Below are positions 23,326-31,835 of a DNA stretch of 64,000 bases, piece by piece. The stretch covers positions 2,432,001-2,496,000 of the forward strand of contig CAVUAK010000001.1 of assembly GCA_963739455.1 (NCBI GenBank), in the 5' to 3' direction. The stretch comes from an uncultured Gemmatimonadales bacterium. Its GTDB lineage: Bacteria; Gemmatimonadota; Gemmatimonadetes; Gemmatimonadales; GWC2-71-9. The position numbers and the translations under genes were made by a program. How positions within the stretch are numbered: position 1 is the stretch's first letter; each line of letters begins with the position of its first letter. The notes under the pieces are model-generated. The model searched no databases, was not told the origin of the DNA, and saw nothing but the letters and a program-made list of their open reading frames with translations.

Positions 23326-24419
23326 GGCGGACGATCATGTTGCTCGCGGGGCTCCTGCTCACGGCGGGATCGCTGTCCGCGCAGAGCCAGGACCAGTTGC
23401 TCCCGGCCAGGAAGCGGATCACCGACGAGGCGCTGGCGCGCGACTGGGCGCTCATCAACAAGTGGCTGGTGCGGGCCGACTCGCTCCCGCGCGACCCCGG
23501 CGACCTGTACGCGAGGGCGCGGGCCATCGCACTGCTCGAGTTCGTGGGGACGGAATACGATCGGGCCAACCGATCGCCGGTGCTCGACACGTCGTTCGTG
23601 CATGCCGTCGCCATTGTGGAGCGGATCGAGGCGGGGCAGACCTGGTACGAGAAGGTCAGTGAGCCGGTGGGCGCGGGCCTGGTGGCTCCCGGCGTCTGGC
23701 AGCGGATCGACTCGCTGCAGGGCGCGGACACCAATCATTGCGCCCAGCCGCAGATCGCGAAGGCGCAGGTGAAGCTGCTGCTCGCGGTGGAAGAGCATCG
23801 CACCGGCGGGCCGGCATGCTCGGAGCCGATCGTGAAGGAAGTTGAGGCGCTGATCGACGACATCAAGCGGCTCATCGCGGCGTGCGAGCCCAAGGTGGCC
23901 GACACACTGCAGGCCCCGCCCACGCCTGAGCCTGATCCGTGGGTCGAGCCGCCGGCACCCGAGGTGGTGAAGATCCCGAGCGCGGTCCACTTTGCGTTCG
24001 ATCACGCGAGGCTGAGCCCCGCCACCAAGGCGGTGCTCGACCAGGTGGCGGCACAGCTGGTGGCGCTGCCTGACGCGATGGTCAAGCTGGATGCGTTCAC
24101 CGATCCGCAGGGCCAGACGAAGTACAACCAGCAGCTGTCGGCGCGGCGCGGCGAGGCGGTGCGGAAGTACCTGGTGGAGAAGGGGGTGAACCCGGCGCGG
24201 ATCAGCGTCGTGCCGCTGGGTGCCACGGCGCCGATCAAGGACCCGGAGCTGCCACGGCTCGAGCGCTACGCCCTCGACCGTCGGGTGGACATCCAGATCC
24301 TGCCGATGAACGACTACGTCATCGAGCGCTACGAGCAGTACGGCGATGTCCAGGCGACGGTGCAGCATCGCCGCGCGCGAGGGCGCGCGAAGCCCTCGGG
24401 CCGCAACTACGGCAACTGA
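23322..24419 (+). CDS. Secreted OmpA-family peptidoglycan-binding protein with helical N-terminal domain
   Basis: ATGA-coupled to the giant gene; signal peptide ending LSAQ; C-terminal VHFAFDHARLS..FTDPQG..YNQQLSARRGEAV..YL..ALDRRVDI. Confidence 0.88.
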   Translation: MRRTIMLLAGLLLTAGSLSAQSQDQLLPARKRITDEALARDWALINKWLVRADSLPRDPGDLYARARAIALLEFVGTEYDRANRSPVLDTSFVHAVAIVERIEAGQTWYEKVSEPVGAGLVAPGVWQRIDSLQGADTNHCAQPQIAKAQVKLLLAVEEHRTGGPACSEPIVKEVEALIDDIKRLIAACEPKVADTLQAPPTPEPDPWVEPPAPEVVKIPSAVHFAFDHARLSPATKAVLDQVAAQLVALPDAMVKLDAFTDPQGQTKYNQQLSARRGEAVRKYLVEKGVNPARISVVPLGATAPIKDPELPRLERYALDRRVDIQILPMNDYVIERYEQYGDVQATVQHRRARGRAKPSGRNYGN

Positions 24420-26710
24420 GATCGTTCGGCGATCGCCTTGAACCGGGCATCGCCGCGCAGGTTGTCGAGCTTCGGTTCCACCTGCAGGTAGAGCATTGCG
24501 GGGTCTCGCTCGGTGAGGCCGCGTTCCAGCTGCGCGAAGGCCGCTGGACGGTCCCCGAGGGCTCCGTACACGAACGCGAGGTTGGTCGGCGCCACGAACT
24601 CGCGCGTCGCCTGGCCCTCCAGCTCGGTGAGGAGCGCTCGCGCTGCGGGCGCCTGCCCGGTGCGCGCCAGTGCGTAGGCGAGCGCCACGCGTGGCAGCCA
24701 GTGTCCCCCCGACTGGGTAACCGCGCGCTCGAGCTCCGCCTTCGCTTCCGCAGGACGACCCTGTTCCAGTAGCGCCAAGCCAAGCCACGTCCGCGCCGGA
24801 AAGAACTCGGGCGACAGGCTGAGCACGCTCTGGGCTGACGCCTCCGCGCCGGAGTAATCGCGCCCGTAATAGGCGACAGCCGCCGCCGCTGCGCCTACCG
24901 TGGGCGCCAGCGGGTCGAGCGCCATGGCGATGCTGATTTCCCGCCTGGCGTCGTCCGCGCGGCGGAGCGTCACGAGGTTGAGTGCCCGCCAGTGATGCGC
25001 CGTCGTGTACTGCGAATCGGCGGCGACCGCCCGCGCGAAACCAGTCTCGGCATCCTGCACATTCCAGTCATACAGTGCCTGCAGGTAGGCGCTCACCGTC
25101 AGCGCCTCGACTACGGTTGAATCGAGTGCGAGGGCTTGCTGCGCCGCGGCGCGCGCCTCGGCGTACGCCTGACGGGGCGGCACGCGACCATAGGTGGGCA
25201 GCAGCATCCAGGTCGATGCGACGCCCGCGGCAGCAGCGGCATACGACGGGTCCAGTGCGAGCGCCGAATCGAACGAAACCATCGCGGAGCGCAGGCCCTC
25301 CTCCGTGCGGCGGTTCCACGCGTAGCGACCGCGCAGGTACTGGTTGTATGCCTGGAGGCTGGTGGTGGCGGCGGCGGGAGAACGCGCCACGTTCGCGACC
25401 GGCGGGCGATGCAGCGCACCCACGAGTGCATCGGCGACTTCATCCTGCAGCTTCATGATCCCGCCCAGTGGCCGGTCGTACGCACCGGTCCAGATCTCGA
25501 ATCCGTCACGCGTGCCCACGAGGCGGGTGGTGACCCGGATCGAGTCTCCCGTCCGCCGGACGCTTCCCTCGATCACCGCATCCACCTTCAGCGCGTTGCC
25601 GATCTCCTCGACGCTGGTGGCCTGCTCACGGATCATGTATGACGACGTGCGCGCCGCCACCCGAAGGCCCTCGAGCGTGCCGAGCCGGGTGATGAGGTCC
25701 TCGGTGAGGCCGTCGCTCAGGTAACTGTCCTCGGCGCTGCTGCCGAGATTGGTGAAGGGAAGCACGGCGACAGCGGAGATCACTCGTGCCGGCGCCGGCG
25801 TGGAGCGGGAGCGCATCCACGCGATGATGAGTGCCAGCGCGATCGCACCAACCAGCACGCCGATCCATCGGCGGCGTGCCGGGCGCACCGATGCCTCGGG
25901 AACGACAGGCGACAGAGGCGGCGCTTCCGGCGGAACCGGGACGGCGCTCTCTGCCTCGAGCGGTGGAGCCTGTCGTCGATCGGCCGCACCGCTCCACGCG
26001 CCGCTCCTGGCGCGGACCCGGTCAATGATGTCGCGCACCTTGCGGTCGGGCGGCGAGTTGAGCTCCTGCTTCACCAGCGTCTCATACTTCTGCGCGAACT
26101 GCATCGCCGATGTGCGACGTCCCGCCGCGAGCAGCGCCTCGAGATAGCCGGCGGCACTGCGCGGGTCGAGCGGATCGAGCTCGGATCGCCGGCGCCAGGC
26201 GTCGGCGGCGGTCGCAGCGTCGCCTGCGGTGGTCGCGGCAGTTGCCAGTGCATCGAGCGCCTTCACGGCGTACTGCCGGAAGCGCTCCCGTTCGCCATCG
26301 AGCCAGTGATCGAAGTCCGGTGCATCAGTGAGGTGAAAGCCGTCGAGGAAGGATCCCTGGTACAGCCCGGCGACGCGGCTGTGATCCCCGGCCTGGACGG
26401 CGCCGAGGAGGTCACCCACATCGCTGGTGAGGGAGGTCGGATCGAGCCGGAGCTGGCTGTCGCCCACCAGGAGTGGCTGCCCGCCGGAACTGCGCCGGAG
26501 GCTGTAGACGAGTTGGGCCAGCGCGTGGCGGGCCCGCTCGGTGTCGCTCTCGGGCCAGAGCGTCGCCAGGACCCGGTCCCGGCTTACGCCCTGGGTGCCA
26601 CCCGACGCCACCATGGCGAGCAGTGTGAGGCGGCGGGGCTGGGACAGCCCGGTGGCTGGCGCGCCATTATCGAGCGCGAGCCAAAGCCCGCCAAATGTGT
26701 GCAAACGCAC
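24407..26710 (-). CDS. SARP/BTAD-type transcriptional activator with TM helix, TolB-like and TPR regions
   Basis: MRLHTFGGL..VSRDRVLATLWPE..ARHALAQ..Y.G.FLDGF..FDHWLDGER; TM RRRWIGVLVGAIALALIIAW; AVAVLPFTNL..YLSDGLTEDLI..LRVAARTSS; TPRs. Confidence 0.85.
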   Translation of the reverse strand: MRLHTFGGLWLALDNGAPATGLSQPRRLTLLAMVASGGTQGVSRDRVLATLWPESDTERARHALAQLVYSLRRSSGGQPLLVGDSQLRLDPTSLTSDVGDLLGAVQAGDHSRVAGLYQGSFLDGFHLTDAPDFDHWLDGERERFRQYAVKALDALATAATTAGDAATAADAWRRRSELDPLDPRSAAGYLEALLAAGRRTSAMQFAQKYETLVKQELNSPPDRKVRDIIDRVRARSGAWSGAADRRQAPPLEAESAVPVPPEAPPLSPVVPEASVRPARRRWIGVLVGAIALALIIAWMRSRSTPAPARVISAVAVLPFTNLGSSAEDSYLSDGLTEDLITRLGTLEGLRVAARTSSYMIREQATSVEEIGNALKVDAVIEGSVRRTGDSIRVTTRLVGTRDGFEIWTGAYDRPLGGIMKLQDEVADALVGALHRPPVANVARSPAAATTSLQAYNQYLRGRYAWNRRTEEGLRSAMVSFDSALALDPSYAAAAAGVASTWMLLPTYGRVPPRQAYAEARAAAQQALALDSTVVEALTVSAYLQALYDWNVQDAETGFARAVAADSQYTTAHHWRALNLVTLRRADDARREISIAMALDPLAPTVGAAAAAVAYYGRDYSGAEASAQSVLSLSPEFFPARTWLGLALLEQGRPAEAKAELERAVTQSGGHWLPRVALAYALARTGQAPAARALLTELEGQATREFVAPTNLAFVYGALGDRPAAFAQLERGLTERDPAMLYLQVEPKLDNLRGDARFKAIAERSQLP

Positions 26711-26839
26711 AGGTTGTCCCGAGGTGATCCAACAATGATCGGAGGCTGATCGACGCCTGACGGCCCGGCCTTAGAGTACCCCCCGCCAGACGCCCCGGCA
26801 AGCAAAATCAGACGGACCGACAGCGAAGGAGCTGCAGCC

Positions 26840-27877
26840 ATGTCACGCCGAAGTGTTGTACCGGTCCTGTTCCTCATGGCCATCGCGTGGCCTGTCTTCG
26901 CGCAGGAGAGCGCCGCGAGTGCCCCTGCCGCTGATTCCGCCGCTCCGGCTCCCAAGAAGAAGGGCATGTTCGGCAAGCTCAAGTCGATCGCGGGCAACAA
27001 GACCGTCCAGAGCGTCGCCAAGGTGGCGGCCTGCACCATGGTTCCCGGGGGACAGTTCGTCGCCGGGGCCATCGATGCGGCGGGGCACCCCGATGCCGGC
27101 GGCGTGGCGGCAGGCGTCGCGGGCGGTGCTACCGGCGCGGCGTGCGGCATGGGCGGCATCGGCACCGGTGTGGGCGGTGCCGCGGTTGCCGGCGCGGGCA
27201 TGACCGGCGTTCCCGGAATGGCCGGCGCCGCGTCGAGCGTTCCGGGTCTTGCGGGTGTGGGCGGGGCGAGCGTCAGCACCGCCGCAGCAGTTGCCTCCGC
27301 GGCGACGATGACCGCCGCGATGTTTGCCAAGCCGGGAGGTGGTGGCGGAGATCCGTCAGGTGCGCCGGGCACGCTGTCGGCGAAGGACGAGAAGAAGATG
27401 CGGTCCATGCTCAAGAAGCAGGGACTGACCGACGAGCAGATCGAGCAGTCGATGGCGGCCCAGAAGCAGAACGGCCAGCCGCAGGCCGTCGCCGTACAGC
27501 AGGGCCCCGCGCCTGTCGCTGCCCCGGTGGCACAGCCGGTCGGGCTCCCCGAGGACTACGACGCCCAGCTCAAGGCAGGGAAGCTCGTCCTCATCGACCT
27601 GCCGTGGAAAGGCGCCACGGCCGACCTCATCGTCGGCACCGAGGATGGCGTAAAGGTGACCTTCCTCAAGATCGTGGAGTCGCTCAGCTACACCCAGGGC
27701 ACCTATCACGTCGACGTCTACGTCACCGAGCCCGACAAGGGTGTGGCCGCGTCGCGCGCCAGCGCCATCGTTGTCTTCCTGACCAACGCCGGCCTGCCCG
27801 CCGAGGAAAAGCTCGGTGGCAAGGCCACAACCGCCGCGCGGAGCAAGCAGGCCCGCGTCGAGCTGGTGAGGAACTGA
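26840..27877 (+). CDS. Secreted Gly/Ala-rich protein with a degenerate OmpA-like C-terminal domain
   Basis: Signal peptide ending VFAQ; long Gly/Ala stretch; C-terminus GKLVL..SRASAIVVFL..AGLP..ARVELVR. Confidence 0.6.
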   Translation: MSRRSVVPVLFLMAIAWPVFAQESAASAPAADSAAPAPKKKGMFGKLKSIAGNKTVQSVAKVAACTMVPGGQFVAGAIDAAGHPDAGGVAAGVAGGATGAACGMGGIGTGVGGAAVAGAGMTGVPGMAGAASSVPGLAGVGGASVSTAAAVASAATMTAAMFAKPGGGGGDPSGAPGTLSAKDEKKMRSMLKKQGLTDEQIEQSMAAQKQNGQPQAVAVQQGPAPVAAPVAQPVGLPEDYDAQLKAGKLVLIDLPWKGATADLIVGTEDGVKVTFLKIVESLSYTQGTYHVDVYVTEPDKGVAASRASAIVVFLTNAGLPAEEKLGGKATTAARSKQARVELVRN

Positions 27878-27879
27878 TC

Positions 27880-28086
27880 ATGGATCGCCTGAATCGCTGG
27901 CTCCCGTGGCTCCTCGCAGCCTTGCTGGTGCTTGCATCGCTCCACGTACCGGCGGCCCATGCTGACGCGGCGTGGCCGGGTAACGCGGCGGACTGCGGTC
28001 TCGTGCCGCTCCCTCCATCGGCGGCGTTCCCGGGACACCAGCCGTCGCCAGGGAAGTGCAGTGGTCACCGGGTCCTCGAGCCGTGA
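27880..28086 (+). CDS. Possible small secreted peptide (68 aa, 2 Cys)
   Basis: ATG 2 nt after the upstream stop; MDRLNRWLPWLLAALLVLASLHVPAAHA resembles a signal peptide. Confidence 0.4.
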   Translation: MDRLNRWLPWLLAALLVLASLHVPAAHADAAWPGNAADCGLVPLPPSAAFPGHQPSPGKCSGHRVLEP

Positions 28087-28217
28087 GGCTCGCTGCCACG
28101 GCTGGACTCAATCTCGGCGGGATCGGGCAGGTAACAACGCAGGGTCTGGCGGGGCTCTACCGTAACTTCCATGTAACATCGATGTAACGACGCCCTGTTT
28201 CTGGGGCCGACAGCCGG

Positions 28218-28706
28218 CTATTTCGCCCGGATGCCGGTTGGCTCGATGACGGTTATCGGGCGACCAAGTGCCCGTCCGAGCGAGTCTGCCAGCCGGCGCG
28301 CCGTCGCCTTGTCGACCATCCCGCTCACCATGACCTTGTTCAGCGAGTCGGTGGCACTCACCGGCGCCACCACACTGACCGGAAAGCCCACTCCCGTCAG
28401 GCGCGACGCGAGCGCCTCCGCGTCCTTCTTGTTGGTGAAGGCAGCGACCTGCAGCAGCCACTCCTTGAGCGGCGGCAACGGCTTGGGCGACCCCGGCCGG
28501 GGATCACCCTTGGGCCACGCCGGTGCCGACACGAACACCGTATCCGCGCTCGGCTTCGGTGCGCGCGCCCGATACGCCACCAGTGCAGCGCCCACTGCCG
28601 CGACGACGAACAGCAGGCCCAGGATGATCACCGCGCCCTTCCGCCGGCGCTGCGACTGGTCCTGCGCCTGCTCTTCCGATTCTGCTGGGACGACGACGCG
28701 AGGCAC
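28218..28706 (-). CDS. Membrane-anchored SPOR-domain protein
   Basis: TM after RRRKG; WLLQVAAF....AEALASRL..GF..KVMV; GGAG RBS before GTG. Confidence 0.8.
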   Translation of the reverse strand: MPRVVVPAESEEQAQDQSQRRRKGAVIILGLLFVVAAVGAALVAYRARAPKPSADTVFVSAPAWPKGDPRPGSPKPLPPLKEWLLQVAAFTNKKDAEALASRLTGVGFPVSVVAPVSATDSLNKVMVSGMVDKATARRLADSLGRALGRPITVIEPTGIRAK

Positions 28707-28714
28707 GATGGCTC

Positions 28715-29368
28715 CTATCGACCGGGCGGTACGACGACTGACTTCACGCCGAGCGTGCGGGCCAGCGAGTCTGATGCCTGCCGCGCCGTCTCGGCGCTGG
28801 TCAGGCCCTGCACTCGCACCAGATACAGCTCCGACGCGCCACGTCGCTGCGGGATCACCGCCGCGGTGTAGCCCAGGTTCGATGCCCGATCGCGAAGCTT
28901 GTTCGCATTCGCCTCGGACCCGAAGGCGCCGATCTGCACCGCGTATCCGCTTCCTGATGCCGCAGCTGGAGCGGGTGTGGTGGGTGATGCCGCGCGCGGT
29001 GTCGTCGTGTCGTTCTTGAGCACCGGCGGCGTCACGTTCGTGACCCGCCGCGTGGGCGTGGCCGCGACTGCGGGTGGCGTGGCGACTAGAGCCGGGGCCG
29101 GAGCTGGAGCCGGGGCGGGGGTACTAGGCGTATCGACAACTGCCGCGGGCTCCGCAGCGGGTGCGGAGTCCGGGGTCACCACTGCCGGTGCCGACTGCGC
29201 CGATGTCGTGTCCGGCTTCAGCACTCCCGCCAGGTCCGACACCTTGGTGTGACCGATGTCGAGCAGCATCCGCGCGACGAAGGCGAGAATGACCAGTCCG
29301 GCTCCCGCCACGATCAACCATCGGTTGGCACTGCTGCCGCCGCTGCTCCGGTGACTCGACTCGAACAT
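28715..29368 (-). CDS. Membrane-anchored SPOR-domain protein (DedD/FtsN-like architecture)
   Basis: N-terminal TM, Pro/Ala linker, YAVQIGAFGSEANANKL..GY..YLVRV. Confidence 0.85.
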   Translation of the reverse strand: MFESSHRSSGGSSANRWLIVAGAGLVILAFVARMLLDIGHTKVSDLAGVLKPDTTSAQSAPAVVTPDSAPAAEPAAVVDTPSTPAPAPAPAPALVATPPAVAATPTRRVTNVTPPVLKNDTTTPRAASPTTPAPAAASGSGYAVQIGAFGSEANANKLRDRASNLGYTAAVIPQRRGASELYLVRVQGLTSAETARQASDSLARTLGVKSVVVPPGR

Positions 29369-29476
29369 CCCGCCTCCTGTGACGTACCGACCCCGGCCGA
29401 CCCCTAGATGCCGGCGGGGCTGCCGCTAAGTTTACGTGGGTGTACCGCCGCGTGTAACGCCGTGCGAGGAGGTCCC

Positions 29477-29839
29477 ATGGGGGTGAAGTTCCTGCTGGTC
29501 CCGGTGGCGCTGGTCATCCCCGCTGCCCTGTCGGCCCAGCAAGCCGGGATTACCGGTACCTGGGTGGCCAAGGTGAAGTCGAAGGACGGTCCGCAGCAGG
29601 TCATCATCCGCTCCGATTCGAGCGCCAGCTGGGGCAAGGAGACGGTGCGCTGGCGCTGGCCGTCGCCCACCGAGATCAAGATCCTGCTCGGCGGCGAGTG
29701 GGAGACCTACAGCATCGAGCTCAAGGGCGACAAGATGAAGCTCTCCGGCGAGGAGCTCGACGAGCCGGTGACGCTCAAGCGCGTGGGCCCGCCCAGTGCC
29801 CGTCCCGACTCGGTGAAGATTCCCGCCGACCCGGGCTGA
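29477..29839 (+). CDS. Small secreted hypothetical protein
   Basis: GAGGAGG RBS; signal peptide ending LSAQ; ITGTW..VTLKRVG. Confidence 0.7.
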   Translation: MGVKFLLVPVALVIPAALSAQQAGITGTWVAKVKSKDGPQQVIIRSDSSASWGKETVRWRWPSPTEIKILLGGEWETYSIELKGDKMKLSGEELDEPVTLKRVGPPSARPDSVKIPADPG

Positions 29840-29856
29840 CCGCCCGTCCTTCGCTC

Positions 29857-30672
29857 CTAGATGGCGAGGGCCATCTGCACCCCGTCAGAGCGCGTCAGCC
29901 GGAGCGGACCCACGGGGTCGTCCTGCCGCGCGACACTCACCACCCCCTTGAAGCCCTTCCGCTTGAGCGCCGTCTCCACCGTCGTCCGAGCCAGTTCCTC
30001 GTTGTTGCAACGCTGGCTCAGGTGCGCCAGCAGCACCGTGCCCAGCCCCGGGTGGAGGGACTCGATCAGGAGATCCGCGGCCGCGCGATTGGAGAGGTGA
30101 CCCGCCGATCCCGCGATCCGCTGCTGCACCGACGGCGGATACCCGCTGGTGCGGAGCAGGATCTCGTCGTGGTTCGCCTCGAGGATCACTGCGGTGAGCT
30201 CGCGCAGCAGCAGTCGCACCGCTGCTGTGGGACGACCCAGGTCGTACGCGATCCCGATCTTCACCCCGTCGAGCGCTTCCACCGCCACCGCGAGCGGTTC
30301 CGTCGCGTCGTGCGCGATGGGACAGCCCCACACCGTGAACGGCCCGACTTCCACGCGCAGCGCGCTCCCGATCGCGCGATGCGCCGCACCCTCAGTCCCC
30401 GACTTGGTGAGCGCGCGCCAGGTGCCCGGTGACGTCAGCACCGGGGCGCCATGCCGCGCCGCAAGACGCAGTGCACCCGACGCATGATCCCCATGCTCGT
30501 GCGTGAGCGCCACGCCCACGAGGCCGGCGAGATCGATCCCGGCACGCTCGGCGCGCTTGGTGATTTCCTTGGCGCTGAACCCGGCATCGATGAGGAGGAC
30601 CGCGCCCTCGCACTCGAGGACAAAGCAATTCCCCCGCGATCCCGATCCGAGCGCAATAAGGCTGGTCGTCAC
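29857..30672 (-). CDS. MBL-fold metallo-hydrolase (YycJ/WalJ-like)
   Basis: LGSGSRGN, LIDAG, THEHGDH, HDA, EANHD, GHLSN, LAHLS. Confidence 0.9.
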   Translation of the reverse strand: MTTSLIALGSGSRGNCFVLECEGAVLLIDAGFSAKEITKRAERAGIDLAGLVGVALTHEHGDHASGALRLAARHGAPVLTSPGTWRALTKSGTEGAAHRAIGSALRVEVGPFTVWGCPIAHDATEPLAVAVEALDGVKIGIAYDLGRPTAAVRLLLRELTAVILEANHDEILLRTSGYPPSVQQRIAGSAGHLSNRAAADLLIESLHPGLGTVLLAHLSQRCNNEELARTTVETALKRKGFKGVVSVARQDDPVGPLRLTRSDGVQMALAI

Positions 30673-31835
30673 CGGACGGAGAGTCGCTGGAAGATGGCGA
30701 CCAGTGACGCGCGACGCTCATCCGTCACCGCGATGTCCCGGCGCGGCATGACCCGCTCCGCGATGCGGAGGAAACCTTCCTCCGTGAGCTTGACGTCGCC
30801 GCTCGCACCCCACGAAAACGGGGGCACATACTTGCCGAGCCCGTCACCAAAGACGTTTGCACCCGCACCTACGACGGTACCCGTCGCCAGCATCGTGCCG
30901 ATCGCGGTCTTCGCGTGGTCGCCGATCAGGCTGCCGAGGAACTGGCGACCGGTATCCACCGTGGTGCCGGCCATCGAGAGACGCACCGTCCCATAGGTGT
31001 TCTTCAGGTTCGACGTCGTGGTGCCGGCACCGAGGTTGACCCAGCGGCCGATCACGCTGTGCCCCACGAATCCGTCGTGCCCCTTGTTTGCATATCCGTG
31101 AAAAATGGTCGAGCTCACCTCGCCGCGAACCACCGATCGCGGTCCGAGGATGGAGGCCCGCACGAAGCCGCCCAGCACCCGCGCGCCGGGCCCCACGTAG
31201 CACGGCCCCTCGAGCCTCGTGCCGCTCCGCACTTCGGCACCGCGGTCGATCACCACCGCGCCATGTCGCACGTCGAAGACGACACCGGGCTCGATGTCCG
31301 CGCCCGACGACCTGACCCGGGCGACGTCGCCCAGCACGATGGTGTTCCCGGGAAGGAGGTCGGCCGGGCCCGTGAGGAAATCGGCGCAGTCATGCTCCAG
31401 CAGCGCTTCCAGCGCCGTGACCAGGTCAAAGGACCCGCGCAGCAGCATCCCGTCGATTTCCTGCGACGCGCCGAGCAGGTCGGCGTGCCACGGCTCTCCC
31501 TCGGGAATGATCCACGCCACCGTCACGCCATTCGACGTCAGCCTTCGCACTTCTGCGCCGAGTGACATGCGGGTGCCGGCCGGCGCAAAGTCGCTGCGCG
31601 CCACGATGACCGGCCCGCGGATGCCCGCGGGCGAGCGCGACTCCGGTGTGTCGATTTCGATGAACCCCAGTGATGACTCGCCCAGGATCGCGCTGGTGGC
31701 GACGCCGAGCACCGCCTCCCAGCGCTCGCGGATGCGCCACAGCCCGGCGCGCAGCTCGCAGATCGGCCGCGCGCCGTGAAACGGTGCCCACGCGATGGCA
31801 TCGTCCGGCTCCAGCAGGACGAGCGGCGAGGTCAT
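30669..31835 (-). CDS. GlmU-related putative sugar nucleotidyltransferase with hexapeptide repeats
   Basis: RPICELRAG; GEV..TIFHGYANKGHDGFVGHS; NLGAGTTTSNLKNTYG; FLGSLIGDHAKT. Confidence 0.82.
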   Translation of the reverse strand: MTSPLVLLEPDDAIAWAPFHGARPICELRAGLWRIRERWEAVLGVATSAILGESSLGFIEIDTPESRSPAGIRGPVIVARSDFAPAGTRMSLGAEVRRLTSNGVTVAWIIPEGEPWHADLLGASQEIDGMLLRGSFDLVTALEALLEHDCADFLTGPADLLPGNTIVLGDVARVRSSGADIEPGVVFDVRHGAVVIDRGAEVRSGTRLEGPCYVGPGARVLGGFVRASILGPRSVVRGEVSSTIFHGYANKGHDGFVGHSVIGRWVNLGAGTTTSNLKNTYGTVRLSMAGTTVDTGRQFLGSLIGDHAKTAIGTMLATGTVVGAGANVFGDGLGKYVPPFSWGASGDVKLTEEGFLRIAERVMPRRDIAVTDERRASLVAIFQRLSVR

